A program made the position numbers and the translations under genes. From Spirochaetia bacterium (GTDB lineage Bacteria > Spirochaetota > Spirochaetia > SZUA-6 > Bin103), in the NCBI GenBank assembly GCA_965199955.1, contig CBDATQ010000002.1:1312001-1376000 (forward strand): DNA of 64,000 bases, read 5' to 3'. Positions within the stretch are counted from its first letter, which is position 1; the number at the start of each line of letters is the position of its first letter. The notes under the pieces are model-generated. The model had not been told where the DNA came from and ran no database searches. It worked only from the letters and a program-made list of their open reading frames with translations. Shown one piece after another: positions 1 through 9,618 of this stretch.

Positions 1-60
1 CGGCCACCTGGCTCCCACCGACCTGCCCGGTTGGGGTGCCGAGTGGGACAAGGATCGTTT

Positions 61-396
61 TCAGTCGCTGATCGTCGCCGAGCGGTAACGGGACGGGCGG
101 CTCAGCGCTGGATCAGCAGGCCGTGGGCCACGCGCCGCCGACGCTGCCGAGATGGCGTTCGAGCGTCCGTTCTTGCGCAGGCCGCGCACCACTTCCGGAA
201 GGTCATCCAGCGTCAGGTCGGCGTCCGGGCGCATGTACCAGAAGCAGCGGGCGTAGTACTCGCGGAACGCGCGCCTGAGCTCGCGAACCCGGACCATGTC
301 GCGAGCCTGATCGCTGGAGAGCTGCCGGCGGCTCTTCTTGCCACCCGTGCGGCCGACTACCGACAGGTACCGGCTCACGGAGGTCTCTACCGCCAT
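61..396 (-). CDS. Small hypothetical protein, likely antitoxin-like partner of an AbiEii-type nucleotidyltransferase; C-terminus may be corrupted
   Basis: 111-aa ORF; RRAFREYYARCFWYMRPD segment resembles the YRAQCLWDLKPD segment of ORF 5968-6159. Confidence 0.5.
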   Translation of the reverse strand: MAVETSVSRYLSVVGRTGGKKSRRQLSSDQARDMVRVRELRRAFREYYARCFWYMRPDADLTLDDLPEVVRGLRKNGRSNAISAASAARGPRPADPALSRPSRYRSATISD

Positions 397-621
397 GGGT
401 TCACGTGGGTCAGGGCGCCGGCCGATCCATCGCCTTCCAGGGTGACGATGCCGAACCCGGGGAACTACCCACGGCCGCGTGCCTGACGGTGACCGGGTGC
501 GGCCCCCGGAAGGAGACGATGAGCAGCCGGCCGTCGGGCGTGATGTCCACCAGGTCCGGCGCAGGGTCGTCGCTCAGTTCGTACCCGTGCCCGTCCACGA
601 AACAAGGATTTCTGTTGCTGG

Positions 622-1758
622 TCAGGTGCCGGCGACCGTTTCCTCGGCCAGCCAGTCGACGACCGTGCGCAGCGCGGCGGCGGAGTCGGCGCCGGCGGCC
701 TGCGCTTCCCTCCAGATCGCCAACTGGCGGTGCGCACTGGTCCCGTCGGCCAGGATGCCGCGGGCGCGCTCGACCTCGGCGGTGCAGCCGAAGTGGGCGG
801 CGTCCTCGTCGATCAGCTCCAGCAGCTCGGCCAGCAGCTTTTCGTACGGGACGACCTCGCCTATGCCGAAGTCGACCAGGCCGCGATCGCTCCCGTAGCG
901 CTGCGCCCGCCAGCGGTTCTCGTTGACCAGCAGGCGCGAGTGGATGCGCCAGCTCTGGTTGTTGCGCCGCAGGCGGTACAGCAGCCGGCACAGGCAGCGG
1001 AACAGCGCGGCCAGGCACAGCGCATCCTGAAGCCGCGTGCAGACGTCGGTGATGCGCATCTCCAGCGTGGGGAAGCGCACGCTGGGGCGGATGTCCCACC
1101 ACAGCTTCGTGGCGTCCTCGATCAGGCCGGCGCTCACCAGGCTGGCGACGGTGCGATCGTACTCGCCGGCGCTCTGGAAGGGGTCCGGGAGCCCGGAGCG
1201 CGGCAGCTCGTCCAGGACCGAGAGACGGTAGGACATCAGCCCCGAGTTCGCCCCGTCCCAGAAGGGGGAGGAGGTGGACAGCGCCAGCAGGTGGGGGAGG
1301 AAGTAGACCGCCTGGTTCATCAGGTCGATGCGCAGCTCGGGATCCTCGATGGCGACGTGCACGTGCATGCCGCAGGTCAGCAGGCGCTGCGCGACCAGCC
1401 GCAGGTCCTCGGCGATCTGCGAGTAGCGGGCGGCGGCGGTGTGCTTCTGGTCCTGCCAGCGCCCGAACGGGTGGGTGGAGGCGGCGATGAGCGCGCAGTC
1501 GAAGCGGCCGACGACGCGCTCCACGGTGCCGCGCAGGTCGGCGAGCTGCGCCCGCGCCTCGCTCGGATCGTGGCAGACGCCGGTGGCGACCTCGATCTGG
1601 GAGCGCAGGAACTCCGGGCCGACCGAGTTGCCGAGCGCCGAATGGCACTCTTCCATCATCTCGGGCCGCGGATCGATGGCCAGATCGCGGGTGCGGAGGT
1701 CGATCAGGAGGTACTCCTCCTCGATGCCGAACGTGAAGCTGGGTTCTGAGAAATTCAT
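622..1758 (-). CDS. ybdK: Carboxylate-amine ligase (glutamate-cysteine ligase 2, GCS2 family)
   Basis: FTFGIEEEY, QIEVATGV, CGMHVHV, LALSTSSPFW, WWDIRPS, TLEMRITD motifs; start MNFSEPSF at 1758. Confidence 0.93.
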   Translation of the reverse strand: MNFSEPSFTFGIEEEYLLIDLRTRDLAIDPRPEMMEECHSALGNSVGPEFLRSQIEVATGVCHDPSEARAQLADLRGTVERVVGRFDCALIAASTHPFGRWQDQKHTAAARYSQIAEDLRLVAQRLLTCGMHVHVAIEDPELRIDLMNQAVYFLPHLLALSTSSPFWDGANSGLMSYRLSVLDELPRSGLPDPFQSAGEYDRTVASLVSAGLIEDATKLWWDIRPSVRFPTLEMRITDVCTRLQDALCLAALFRCLCRLLYRLRRNNQSWRIHSRLLVNENRWRAQRYGSDRGLVDFGIGEVVPYEKLLAELLELIDEDAAHFGCTAEVERARGILADGTSAHRQLAIWREAQAAGADSAAALRTVVDWLAEETVAGT

Positions 1759-2112
1759 CCGTGTCCGAAGGCCTTTGGTAGAATCATGCCGTGAGCGGAC
1801 ACACTTGGTCGATCGAGTCGCCCCTGCGTGGCGAGCCGCCCGGACAGCCGGGGCGCACCCACACGTGGACGAGCGCGTGGCATCGCTGGCCGGGACTCGT
1901 GGACCGCGCCGAGGTCCGGGTGGAGGCCGCGATCGATCTGTTCGACAACAAGACGATCGAGATTCCGGCTGGCGGGAGCTCCACGACGGCGAGAACCGGG
2001 TGATGGTCTCGGGGCTGCGGGCCGAGAGCTGGGGGCTGCGGCTGGCGGTGAGCGCCACCAGGACTTCCGGATGGCCGGCGATCGGCCGCGTCACGGTCGC
2101 GGCAGGATAGCC

Positions 2113-3825
2113 ATGGCCGAGCACCTGACCGGCATCGACCGCAACCTCACGACCTACGGGGATCCCACCTTCAGCCGCTTCATCCGCCGCGCCTTCCTGG
2201 CCTCGCAGGGGTTCGACGGCGCCGACCTGGAGCGGCCGGTGGTCGGCATCGCCGACACGTCGAGCGACTACAACACCTGCCACGCGCACATGCCGGCGCT
2301 GGTGGATGCCGTGAAGCGGGGCGTGCTGCAGGCCGGTGGGCTGCCGCTGGTGTTCCCGACGATCTCCCTGAACGAGATCCTGTTCTCGCCCACGACCATG
2401 TTCTACCGGAACCTCCTGGCCATGGAGACCGAGGAGATGATCCGGGCGCAGCCGATGGACGCCGTGGTGCTCCTGGGCGGCTGCGACAAGACGGTGCCGG
2501 CACAGCTCATGGCCGCGGCCTCCGCGAACGTGCCGGCCGTGGTGTGCGTGACCGGCGCCATGCGCACCGGCGCGTGGCGGGGCGAGCGGGTCGGCGCCTG
2601 CACGGACTGCCGCCGCTACTACGCGGGCTTCCGCGAGGGGAGGATAGGCGAGGAGGAGCTCCGCCAGGTTCAGCAGCAGCTTTGCTCGACCCCCGGCACC
2701 TGCATGGTGATGGGCTCCGCCTCCAGCATCGCCTGTGTCGCGGAGACGGTTGGGCTGATGCTCCCCGGCGGCGCCTCGCCCACGTCGGGGAGCGCCGACC
2801 GGCTGCGCAACGCGGTAGCATCCGGCCGCCGGGCGGCGCTGCTGGCGCGCGAGCCGATCGCGCCCGGCCGGATCCTCACCAGGGAGGCGTTCGAGAACGC
2901 GCTCACGGTGCTGGTCGCCCTGGGCGGCTCGACCAACACGATCATCCACCTGACCGCCATCGGCCGGCGGGCCGGCGTCGAGCTGTCGATGGCCGACCTG
3001 CAGGCCGCGTCCGCGCGGGTGCCCCTGCTGGTGGACTGCAAGCCCTCCGGATCGCGCTACATGGAGGACTTCCACGAGGCCGGCGGGTTGCCGGCCGTGC
3101 TGAAGGTGCTGGAGCCGCTGCTGCACCCGGAGCCGATCGACGTCGAGGGGCGCACGCTGCGGGAACGGCTGGCGGACGTGGCGCCGCCTGGAACGTGGCA
3201 GTCGGTGATCCGCACGCTGGACGAGCCGCTCCGCGGTGCAGGATCACTCACCGTGCTGCGCGGGTCGCTCGCCCCGGACGGCGCGATCATCAAGAGCGCG
3301 GCGGCCAGCCCCGAGCTCTGCGAGCACGAAGGGCCGGCGGTCGTGTTCGACTCGCCGGCCGACGTGGCGGCGCGGATCGACGATCCCGATCTGCCGGTCG
3401 GGCCCGGGCACGTGCTGGTGCTGCGCAACGCCGGCCCGGTTGGGGCCGGCATGCCGGAGGCCGGCTCCCTGCCGATTCCTCGCAAGCTCTCCGAGCAGGG
3501 CGTCACGGACATGGTGCGCGTGTCGGACGCGCGCATGAGCGGCACGGCGTATGGCACGGTCGTCCTGCACTGCGCGCCGGAGGCGGCGGTCGGCGGTCCG
3601 CTGGCGCTGGTCCGCGACGGCGACCCGATCCGGCTGTCGGTCGCGCGGGGCGCGATCGACCTGCGGGTGGCGCCGGAGGAGCTGGCGCGCCGCCGGCTCG
3701 CGTGGCGGCCCCGGCCGACACCGGAGCGAGGCTGGGCGCGCATCCATGCCGAGCACGTCCTGCAGGCCGACAAGGGCGCCGACCTCGACCTGATGACCGT
3801 TGCGCCCGTGGGTGACGGCACGTAG
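2113..3825 (+). CDS. IlvD/Edd-family dehydratase (probably sugar-acid dehydratase)
   Basis: YNTCHAH, GGCDKT, GTCMVMG, GGSTN, DARMSGT, HCAPEAAVGG motifs. Confidence 0.93.
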   Translation: MAEHLTGIDRNLTTYGDPTFSRFIRRAFLASQGFDGADLERPVVGIADTSSDYNTCHAHMPALVDAVKRGVLQAGGLPLVFPTISLNEILFSPTTMFYRNLLAMETEEMIRAQPMDAVVLLGGCDKTVPAQLMAAASANVPAVVCVTGAMRTGAWRGERVGACTDCRRYYAGFREGRIGEEELRQVQQQLCSTPGTCMVMGSASSIACVAETVGLMLPGGASPTSGSADRLRNAVASGRRAALLAREPIAPGRILTREAFENALTVLVALGGSTNTIIHLTAIGRRAGVELSMADLQAASARVPLLVDCKPSGSRYMEDFHEAGGLPAVLKVLEPLLHPEPIDVEGRTLRERLADVAPPGTWQSVIRTLDEPLRGAGSLTVLRGSLAPDGAIIKSAAASPELCEHEGPAVVFDSPADVAARIDDPDLPVGPGHVLVLRNAGPVGAGMPEAGSLPIPRKLSEQGVTDMVRVSDARMSGTAYGTVVLHCAPEAAVGGPLALVRDGDPIRLSVARGAIDLRVAPEELARRRLAWRPRPTPERGWARIHAEHVLQADKGADLDLMTVAPVGDGT

Positions 3826-3851
3826 CATGGCCGTTCGCACGGGAACGCGAC

Positions 3852-4649
3852 ATGCCCTTCACGGTAGACGACGTACGGGACCTGGTACGGCTGCTGGACG
3901 AGCGGCCGGAGTGGCGGGCCGAGGTGCGCCGTCAGCTCCTCAGCGACGAGTTCCTGGCCTTGCCGGAGCAGATCGCGGAGGTGCGGCTGCGGACGGAGCG
4001 GATCGAGGAGCAGATCGCGGAGTTGCGTCTCGACACGGAGCGGCGCCTTCGCAGCATCGAGGATCAGATCGCGGAGCAACGGCTGCGGACGGAGCGGATC
4101 GAGCAGCAGCTCTTGGAACAGCGGCGGGAGACGGATCGTCGGTTCCAGGAGGTCGAAGATCAGATCGCGGCGCTGACCCGCACCGTCGACACGCTCAGGG
4201 ACGACGTCGGTGAGCTGAAGGGAGACAGCCTGGAACGCCGTTACCGGGAGAAGGCGGGCGCCTACTTCGGCCGGTTGCTGCGGCGTGCCCGCGTCGTGGC
4301 CGACGACGAGCTGAACGAGATGCTCGACGACGCGGTCGAGCGGGGCGCGCTCACCGAGGACGAGTCCGATGAGGTGACCTGGGCCGACGCTGTCGTGCGC
4401 GGCCGCCGCCGCGGCGACCGCACCCAGGTCGTCGCGGTCGCGGAGGTCTCGTGGGGCGTGGGAATCAAGGACGTGGAGCGCGCGCGGCGCCGATCGGACC
4501 TGCTCGCCAAGCTCGGCTTCACCACCCTGCCGGTGGTGGGCGGCAAGGCGGTCACCCGCGAAGCGGCAGAGCTGGCCAGGGAGCAGGGCGTGTGGCAGCT
4601 TTTCGACGGCAGGCTGGTCGCTCCGGACACGGTCGCAGCGAGCGGGTAG
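3852..4649 (+). CDS. Coiled-coil repeat protein with restriction-endonuclease-like C-terminal domain
   Basis: EQIAE..L.TER repeats, then ADAVVRG...VAEVS...DVERA segment. Confidence 0.7.
   Translation: MPFTVDDVRDLVRLLDERPEWRAEVRRQLLSDEFLALPEQIAEVRLRTERIEEQIAELRLDTERRLRSIEDQIAEQRLRTERIEQQLLEQRRETDRRFQEVEDQIAALTRTVDTLRDDVGELKGDSLERRYREKAGAYFGRLLRRARVVADDELNEMLDDAVERGALTEDESDEVTWADAVVRGRRRGDRTQVVAVAEVSWGVGIKDVERARRRSDLLAKLGFTTLPVVGGKAVTREAAELAREQGVWQLFDGRLVAPDTVAASG
3966..4172 (+). repeat. Imperfect in-frame tandem repeat (alternating 14- and 18-codon units)
   Basis: EQIAEVRLRTERIE / EQIAELRLDTERRLRSIE / DQIAEQRLRTERIE / QQLLEQRRETDRRFQEVE; cggctgcggacggagcggatcgag occurs twice 96 nt apart. Confidence 0.8.
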
Positions 4650-4662
4650 ACTTCGGGCCGCC

Positions 4663-5961
4663 ATGCCCACCATAGCCCTGATCGGCGCCGGCAGCGTCGT
4701 CTTCGCCCAGAAACTCATCAGCGACATCCTGCAGCGCGACGGCATCGGGACGCCCGAGTTCCGTCTCATGGACATCGACGCCGAGCGCCTGCGCATCGCC
4801 GGCATCGCCGCCGAGAAGACCGCCCGCGCGCTCGACAAGCCGGCGGCCATCCGCACCACTCTGGACCAGCGCGAGGCGATCCGGGACGCCAACTACGTGA
4901 TCTGCTGCGTCCAGATCGGCGACAGCGAGACCATCAACCAGGACTTCCACATCCCGGCCCGCCACGGGCTGCGCCAGACCATCGCCGACACGCTCGGCAT
5001 CGGCGGCATCTTCCGCGCGCTGCGCACCTACCCGGTGATGATGGACCTGGTCGAGAACATCACCACGGTCGGCGCGCCGCGCTGCCTGCTGCTCAACTAC
5101 ACCAACCCGATGGCCATGAACATGCTGGCACTGCTGCGCGCCGCCGACATCCCCGCGGTCGGGCTCTGCCACAGCGTACAGGGCACGGCCGCCAAGCTGG
5201 CCGGCATCGCCGGCGTCGCGGAGGAAGAGGTCCGCTTCCGCTGTGCGGGCGTCAACCACATGGCGTTCTACACCGAGTTCCGCACCGCCGAGCGCGACCT
5301 GTACCCTGTGCTGTTCGAGCGCCTGCGCGACGATCCGGACGGGCTGGGCCGCACCGTGCGCTTCGAGATGCTGAAGCGCACCGGCTACTTCGTCACCGAG
5401 AGCTCCGAGCACCAGGCCGAGTACACGCCGTACTTCATCCACCACGGCGGCGAGATGGTCGACCGCTACCGCGTGCCGCTGGACGAGCTGATCCGCCGCC
5501 GCACCATCCAGGTGGCCGAGTGGGAGCAGCAGCAGCGCGAGTTCTCCGATCCCGATCACGAGGTGGACACCAATCCGCTCAGCCACGAATACGGGTCGGC
5601 CATCATCGAGGCGATCGAAACCGGCGTGCCGGCCACCATCCACGGCAACGTGCTGAACCATGGCCTGATCGACAACCTGCCCGCGGACGCCTGCGTGGAG
5701 GTGGCCTGCCACGTGGACGGCGCCGGCCTGGCGCCGGTGGCGTTCGGCCGCCTGCCGACCGTGCTGGCCGGCATAGTCGGCAGCAACGTCGCCGTGCAGC
5801 TCGCCACCGTGGAGGCCGCCGAGTCACGCCGGCGCGAGGCGGTCTACCACGCCGCCATGCTCGACCCGCACACCGCCGCCAGCCTCACGCTGGACCAGAT
5901 CTGGCAGGTCTGCGACGACATGTTCGAGGCGCAGGCGCCCCTGTTGCCGGCCTTCGATTGA
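4663..5961 (+). CDS. melA: GH4 NAD-dependent alpha-galactosidase
   Basis: IGAGSVVF, QTIADTLGIGG, LNYTNPM, GLCHS, GVNHMAF, VTESSEH motifs. Confidence 0.9.
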   Translation: MPTIALIGAGSVVFAQKLISDILQRDGIGTPEFRLMDIDAERLRIAGIAAEKTARALDKPAAIRTTLDQREAIRDANYVICCVQIGDSETINQDFHIPARHGLRQTIADTLGIGGIFRALRTYPVMMDLVENITTVGAPRCLLLNYTNPMAMNMLALLRAADIPAVGLCHSVQGTAAKLAGIAGVAEEEVRFRCAGVNHMAFYTEFRTAERDLYPVLFERLRDDPDGLGRTVRFEMLKRTGYFVTESSEHQAEYTPYFIHHGGEMVDRYRVPLDELIRRRTIQVAEWEQQQREFSDPDHEVDTNPLSHEYGSAIIEAIETGVPATIHGNVLNHGLIDNLPADACVEVACHVDGAGLAPVAFGRLPTVLAGIVGSNVAVQLATVEAAESRRREAVYHAAMLDPHTAASLTLDQIWQVCDDMFEAQAPLLPAFD

Positions 5962-5967
5962 GGCATC

Positions 5968-6159
5968 GTGGACCGGCAGGCGTTCGAGCGCCGGCTGCAC
6001 GCGCTGGCAACCCGCTATCGCGCGCAGTGCCTGTGGGATCTCAAGCCCGACCTGGATCTGCAGCAACGGGACGTTACGACGATGGTGCTACGCCGGATCG
6101 CGTCGTGCGCTGACACCAGCGGATTCGTCGAAGCCAGAGGACTGGATTGGCTCTCGTAG
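5968..6159 (+). CDS. Small hypothetical protein (antitoxin-like), paralog of 61-396
   Basis: YRAQCLW motif; lies directly upstream of the nucleotidyltransferase remnant. Confidence 0.5.
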   Translation: MDRQAFERRLHALATRYRAQCLWDLKPDLDLQQRDVTTMVLRRIASCADTSGFVEARGLDWLS

Positions 6160-6315
6160 CCGACCAGCGCAAGGAAGCCGGCGTCAGCTACGTGGCCGGC
6201 GGGGTGGCGCTGAACCTGCTCAAGGCCCGCGACGAGGTCCGCATGGAAGGGGCTCGCGACAGCGCGTTTCGGTGAGGGGTCGCTCGGCGGCGCGTATCCG
6301 CGTCTGTTGGACTGA
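6153..6315 (+). pseudogene. Collapsed remnant of AbiEii-like nucleotidyltransferase
   Basis: Reads LVADQRKEAGVSYVAGGVALNLL..VRMEGARDSAFR then GSLGGAYPRL: N-terminal, middle and C-terminal motifs juxtaposed. Confidence 0.55.
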
Positions 6316-6328
6316 GCAGCCGCGAAGG

Positions 6329-7201
6329 CTATGCCCCGGGGACGCTTCCGTCCGCCGCCGGACGGAGCCCGAGGCGACGGATCTCCTCCCACCGGCCCGG
6401 CACCAGGCCGTCGGCGAACGCCGTGCCGCACGGGCCGCCGCCGCTGGCGTCGGCGAAGTCGTACTCCCGACCGTCGAAGCGAAGCGTCGGGCGGTAGTAC
6501 CGGGACAGCTCGCGGGAGCTCGCCGGCAGGTAGTGGCAGATGAAGCTGCGCCGCCACTCGTGGTCGGAGGCGTTCGGCTGTGAGCCGTGCACGATGCTGC
6601 CGCCGAAGAACAACACGTCCCCCGGCTGCAGCTCGACAGGCACCGGCGCCACCCCCGCCGGAGGCCGCACGAAGTGGGTGGTGAAGCTCTCCTCCGGGTC
6701 GGCCACCTCCGGGCACGCCACTTCCATCGTGTGCGTGCCCGGGCAGACGTACAGGCCGCCGTTCTCGGGGACGGAGCGGTCCACGGCGGTCCAGGCCGCG
6801 ACGCAGGTATCCGGCCGCACGCGCAGGTAGTAGTTGTCCTGGTGCAGCGCCTGGCCCCTGGAGCCGGGCGGCTTGAAGTAGAACATCGACTGGGCGGCGA
6901 TCGGCTCCTCGTCCATCAGCGCGGCCAGCACCGCCTCCATTCGCGCGTCGAGCAGCATGCGCAGCGCCAGCTCGTCGAAGCGGTGCGGGTGCATGATGCG
7001 CGGCCAGCGCAGGAGCGGATCGTCGCTGTCGGGATCAGGGTCCCAGTGACCGGGGATCGGTTGCCCGTCCGCGGTGATCTCCGCGAACCGTTCGGCACAA
7101 GCCGTGATCTCATCGCGTTCCCACAGCCCGCGCAGCACCAGGCAGCCGTCGGCTCGCCAGCGGGTCAGTTCTTCAGCGTTGGCGGGAGACGTCGCGGTCA
7201 T
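6329..7201 (-). CDS. PhyH-family Fe(II)/2-oxoglutarate dioxygenase
   Basis: FYFKPPG, LHQDN (HxD), NGGLYVCPGTH, PGDVLFF..IVHGS..N..R motifs. Confidence 0.9.
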   Translation of the reverse strand: MTATSPANAEELTRWRADGCLVLRGLWERDEITACAERFAEITADGQPIPGHWDPDPDSDDPLLRWPRIMHPHRFDELALRMLLDARMEAVLAALMDEEPIAAQSMFYFKPPGSRGQALHQDNYYLRVRPDTCVAAWTAVDRSVPENGGLYVCPGTHTMEVACPEVADPEESFTTHFVRPPAGVAPVPVELQPGDVLFFGGSIVHGSQPNASDHEWRRSFICHYLPASSRELSRYYRPTLRFDGREYDFADASGGGPCGTAFADGLVPGRWEEIRRLGLRPAADGSVPGA

Positions 7202-7302
7202 TGCGCGACTACTCTGGCACAGCGGCGGGCCGACCTCCAAGGACAGTGGACTCGTAGGGTGCATTCCCTCAGAGTGATCGGTCCGGTCAGACAGCGATGC
7301 GC

Positions 7303-7548
7303 TCAGTCTCCTGTGGGGGTGCGTGGCTCAGGCGCTCGTGGTCTGTGCTGAAGCGGCGGCTCTGGATGGAGGCTCCGTAGCTGCAGCATGCCACTCGCTC
7401 CCGGCAGGCCCCCCATCATGCCGCTCTGCTTCATACGCGCCGCGACCACGTGCGTGCACGCGCTCTCCACTGTACCGCTGCCACTGGGCAGCCCCAGCCC
7501 GCGGTAGCGGCAGTAGTCCATCCGCTTCTGGTTGGCCGTGAAGTAGTG
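7303..7548 (-). mobile_element. ISKra4-like transposase C-terminal remnant
   Basis: HYFTANQKRMDY..YR..GLPSGSGTVESAC.HVVAARMKQSGM motif. Confidence 0.75.
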
Positions 7549-7649
7549 TGGGTCCAGAAACTCGGGCCGGTGTTTTCCGGAAATTCTGGCCGGTTCATCG
7601 TGCGCGAGCTCGGCGCCGTCAACGTCGAGATCGAGGTGTCGGGTGCGGT

Positions 7650-7925
7650 AAGACGGCCATCCAGTCCGCCCAGCATGAGCGCGACGGAGGGCAGCGCAGC
7701 GACGGGCTGAGCACCGACGAGCGGCTGGAACTGCGGCGGCTGCGGCGCGAGAACAAGCAGCTCCGAACGGAACGCGACATGCAAAAAAAGCGGCGGCCTG
7801 GTTCGCACGGGAGAGCGACGCGATCCCCGAGAGGGATGCGAGTTCGCAAAGGACAACCGGACAACCCAGGCCGCCTGGCCGGTGAGCGCCCAGTGTCGGG
7901 TGCTGGGTCTCTCCCCAGGGGCAAG
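7650..7925 (+). mobile_element. IS3-family remnant (orfA end, frameshift site, orfB start)
   Basis: GLSTDERLELRRLRRENKQLRTERD; A7G slippery site at 7783-7790 followed by AAAWFARES; then WPVSAQCRVLGLS. Confidence 0.8.
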
Positions 7926-8324
7926 CTCGACGCGCTCGGCTGGGCGCCGGGCTGATCCGCAGCTCGGCACTCCGTTCCGCTCGCCACGTCCTCCTACTGG
8001 GCGTGCTGTGTCCGGCTCATCGCTCGGCACCCCTCGCGCACCGTCTGAGGCGGCCAATTGCGGCCCACCGATCGCCCACAGAGCCTCCCTGCGATCACGA
8101 GCATCAACCTCCGTCCCCGCCGGTTGCCGATCCGACCCTCGAACCGCCTCGGATCCTCAATTCAGCCGATTTTCGGACCCAAGCGCGAATAATCCGGGAT
8201 TAAAGTTATCGGCGCCGCGCGCGGTGCCGCCCAGCGCGGGTGTGTCTCTCTGTTGTCAGCATACCGTTCCCGTCGCATCAAACTACAATAGCGACGTGGT
8301 GAGGACAGCCAGTAGCTGAGTGGG

Positions 8325-9128
8325 TTACAACAGAGCTGGAGTGCTCGGCATTGATCGGAGCGCCGTTCGATTCGGTGGACGCAAGAGAATCATCCCGTAG
8401 CCATAAGCTCGGTGTCGCCCGACTCCCGTCCTTAGCCGACGGGCGAAGCTCTCCGAATCGCAGACGGACAGCGTGCCGTGGAGGACAGCGTCGGGCCCCT
8501 CAGGCCCTCGTCCATCACCACGGATTGTTCGGACGCGGCTGAACGATGCAAGACGGCACTGTTCAACTGTGGCGTCATCTCCAAGCCTTTCCTCAAGCCA
8601 AGTGGTGTAGACCGACTCTCGGCTCATCCCTTGCCGTTCCGTTTTCTCGTCTCGGCGCCTCCATCCGTCCGGAAAGTGAGTCAGCGCCTCCAACCGGTAC
8701 GCATCCACCTCCTTGCCCTTCAATAGAACCTCATTGGATTGCGAGTCATGGAGGTCACGTCGTAGCCGCCGTACCGGTCGAACGCGCAGGTCGAAGCCAA
8801 GCCTGCGGCCCGCCGGGAAGCTTACGGGCATAGGCTTCGACAGTAGTTGTGCAGGGTTCAGTGAAGCGAGGCAGTCAGGCGGCGCCGTCGCTGCTGCTAC
8901 GTCCTGCAGTGCGCTCTGATCGGATTCCGCATACGCGTACAGAGCTCCCGACCTGCGCCGCTCGGACCAGAACAAGCGGAATGGCTGGAGCTCTCCTTTA
9001 CCGAACATAGCCGACAGCAAAATGTGGAGCGCGTAGTCCGGGTCGTAGGCACCGTGTCGGACAAGGCCGCGTTGTCCCGCCCATCGGCTGAATGCCCGCA
9101 TATCGAACGGCGCGTGAATCAGGTGCAC
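8325..9128 (-). CDS. cas6e: Type I-E CRISPR endoribonuclease Cas6e (CasE/Cse3)
   Basis: DYALH, GFDLRVRPV, C-terminal G-loop GVGRHRAYGYGM; adjacent to cas5 remnant and I-E array. Confidence 0.92.
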   Translation of the reverse strand: MHLIHAPFDMRAFSRWAGQRGLVRHGAYDPDYALHILLSAMFGKGELQPFRLFWSERRRSGALYAYAESDQSALQDVAAATAPPDCLASLNPAQLLSKPMPVSFPAGRRLGFDLRVRPVRRLRRDLHDSQSNEVLLKGKEVDAYRLEALTHFPDGWRRRDEKTERQGMSRESVYTTWLEERLGDDATVEQCRLASFSRVRTIRGDGRGPEGPDAVLHGTLSVCDSESFARRLRTGVGRHRAYGYGMILLRPPNRTALRSMPSTPALL

Positions 9129-9131
9129 GGC

Positions 9132-9611
9132 CTATCCGCCGGTGTCCGCGGCAGTAAGCCGGCCTTCACAGACGAGGCGTATCCCTCCGTGCAACCCACT
9201 CAGCCAGTTGCGCTCATCAGTCACCTCGGTGACGAGATCAGCACCCGTTTCCCCCTCTGAAGCCGGCCACAGCGCTCGAAACGTCTGATCGCCGGACCCC
9301 ACAGCCGAAAGCAGTGCGGATCTCACGTCCACCGCGTCGATCCAGCCCCGAAAGATTCGGCCGGCTGGCAGGCACGGTTTCCTGCCGATAAACAGCGGCC
9401 GAGCCGGACGCACCAGTGCGGTCTCCAGGTGGTCCAGAGTCGGAAGGTCGTTGTCGGGTGCAAGCCGCAATACTACCGACATGCGCAGGTCGGCGTGATA
9501 ATCCCGCCAGCGCTGATGCGCACCTTCGTAGGTCGCCGGTGCCCCGTCGCGTTTCGCTGGGATTCCGCGTGTGGTCCATGCCCGATCATTCTTGGCGAGC
9601 TGCGCAGTCTG
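9132..9611 (-). pseudogene. cas5e: 5'-truncated type I-E Cas5 (CasD)
   Basis: QTAQL...RWRDYHAD...ALVRPARPLFIGRKPCLP motifs; the N-terminal part is absent and the sequence runs into the CRISPR repeat. Confidence 0.88.
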
Positions 9612-9618
9612 ATGGCCG

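Noticed and set aside
410..620. Coding-like fragment DPAPDLVDITPDGRLLIVSFRGP
   Set aside because: Probably a beta-propeller remnant, too short to assign
1791..2110. Short broken ORF upstream of the dehydratase
   Set aside because: Has a plausible start but no recognisable family; likely another remnant
7930..8320. Non-coding stretch downstream of cas6e as possible cas1/cas2, leader or ncRNA
   Set aside because: No Cas1/Cas2 motifs, repeats or convincing structure recognised
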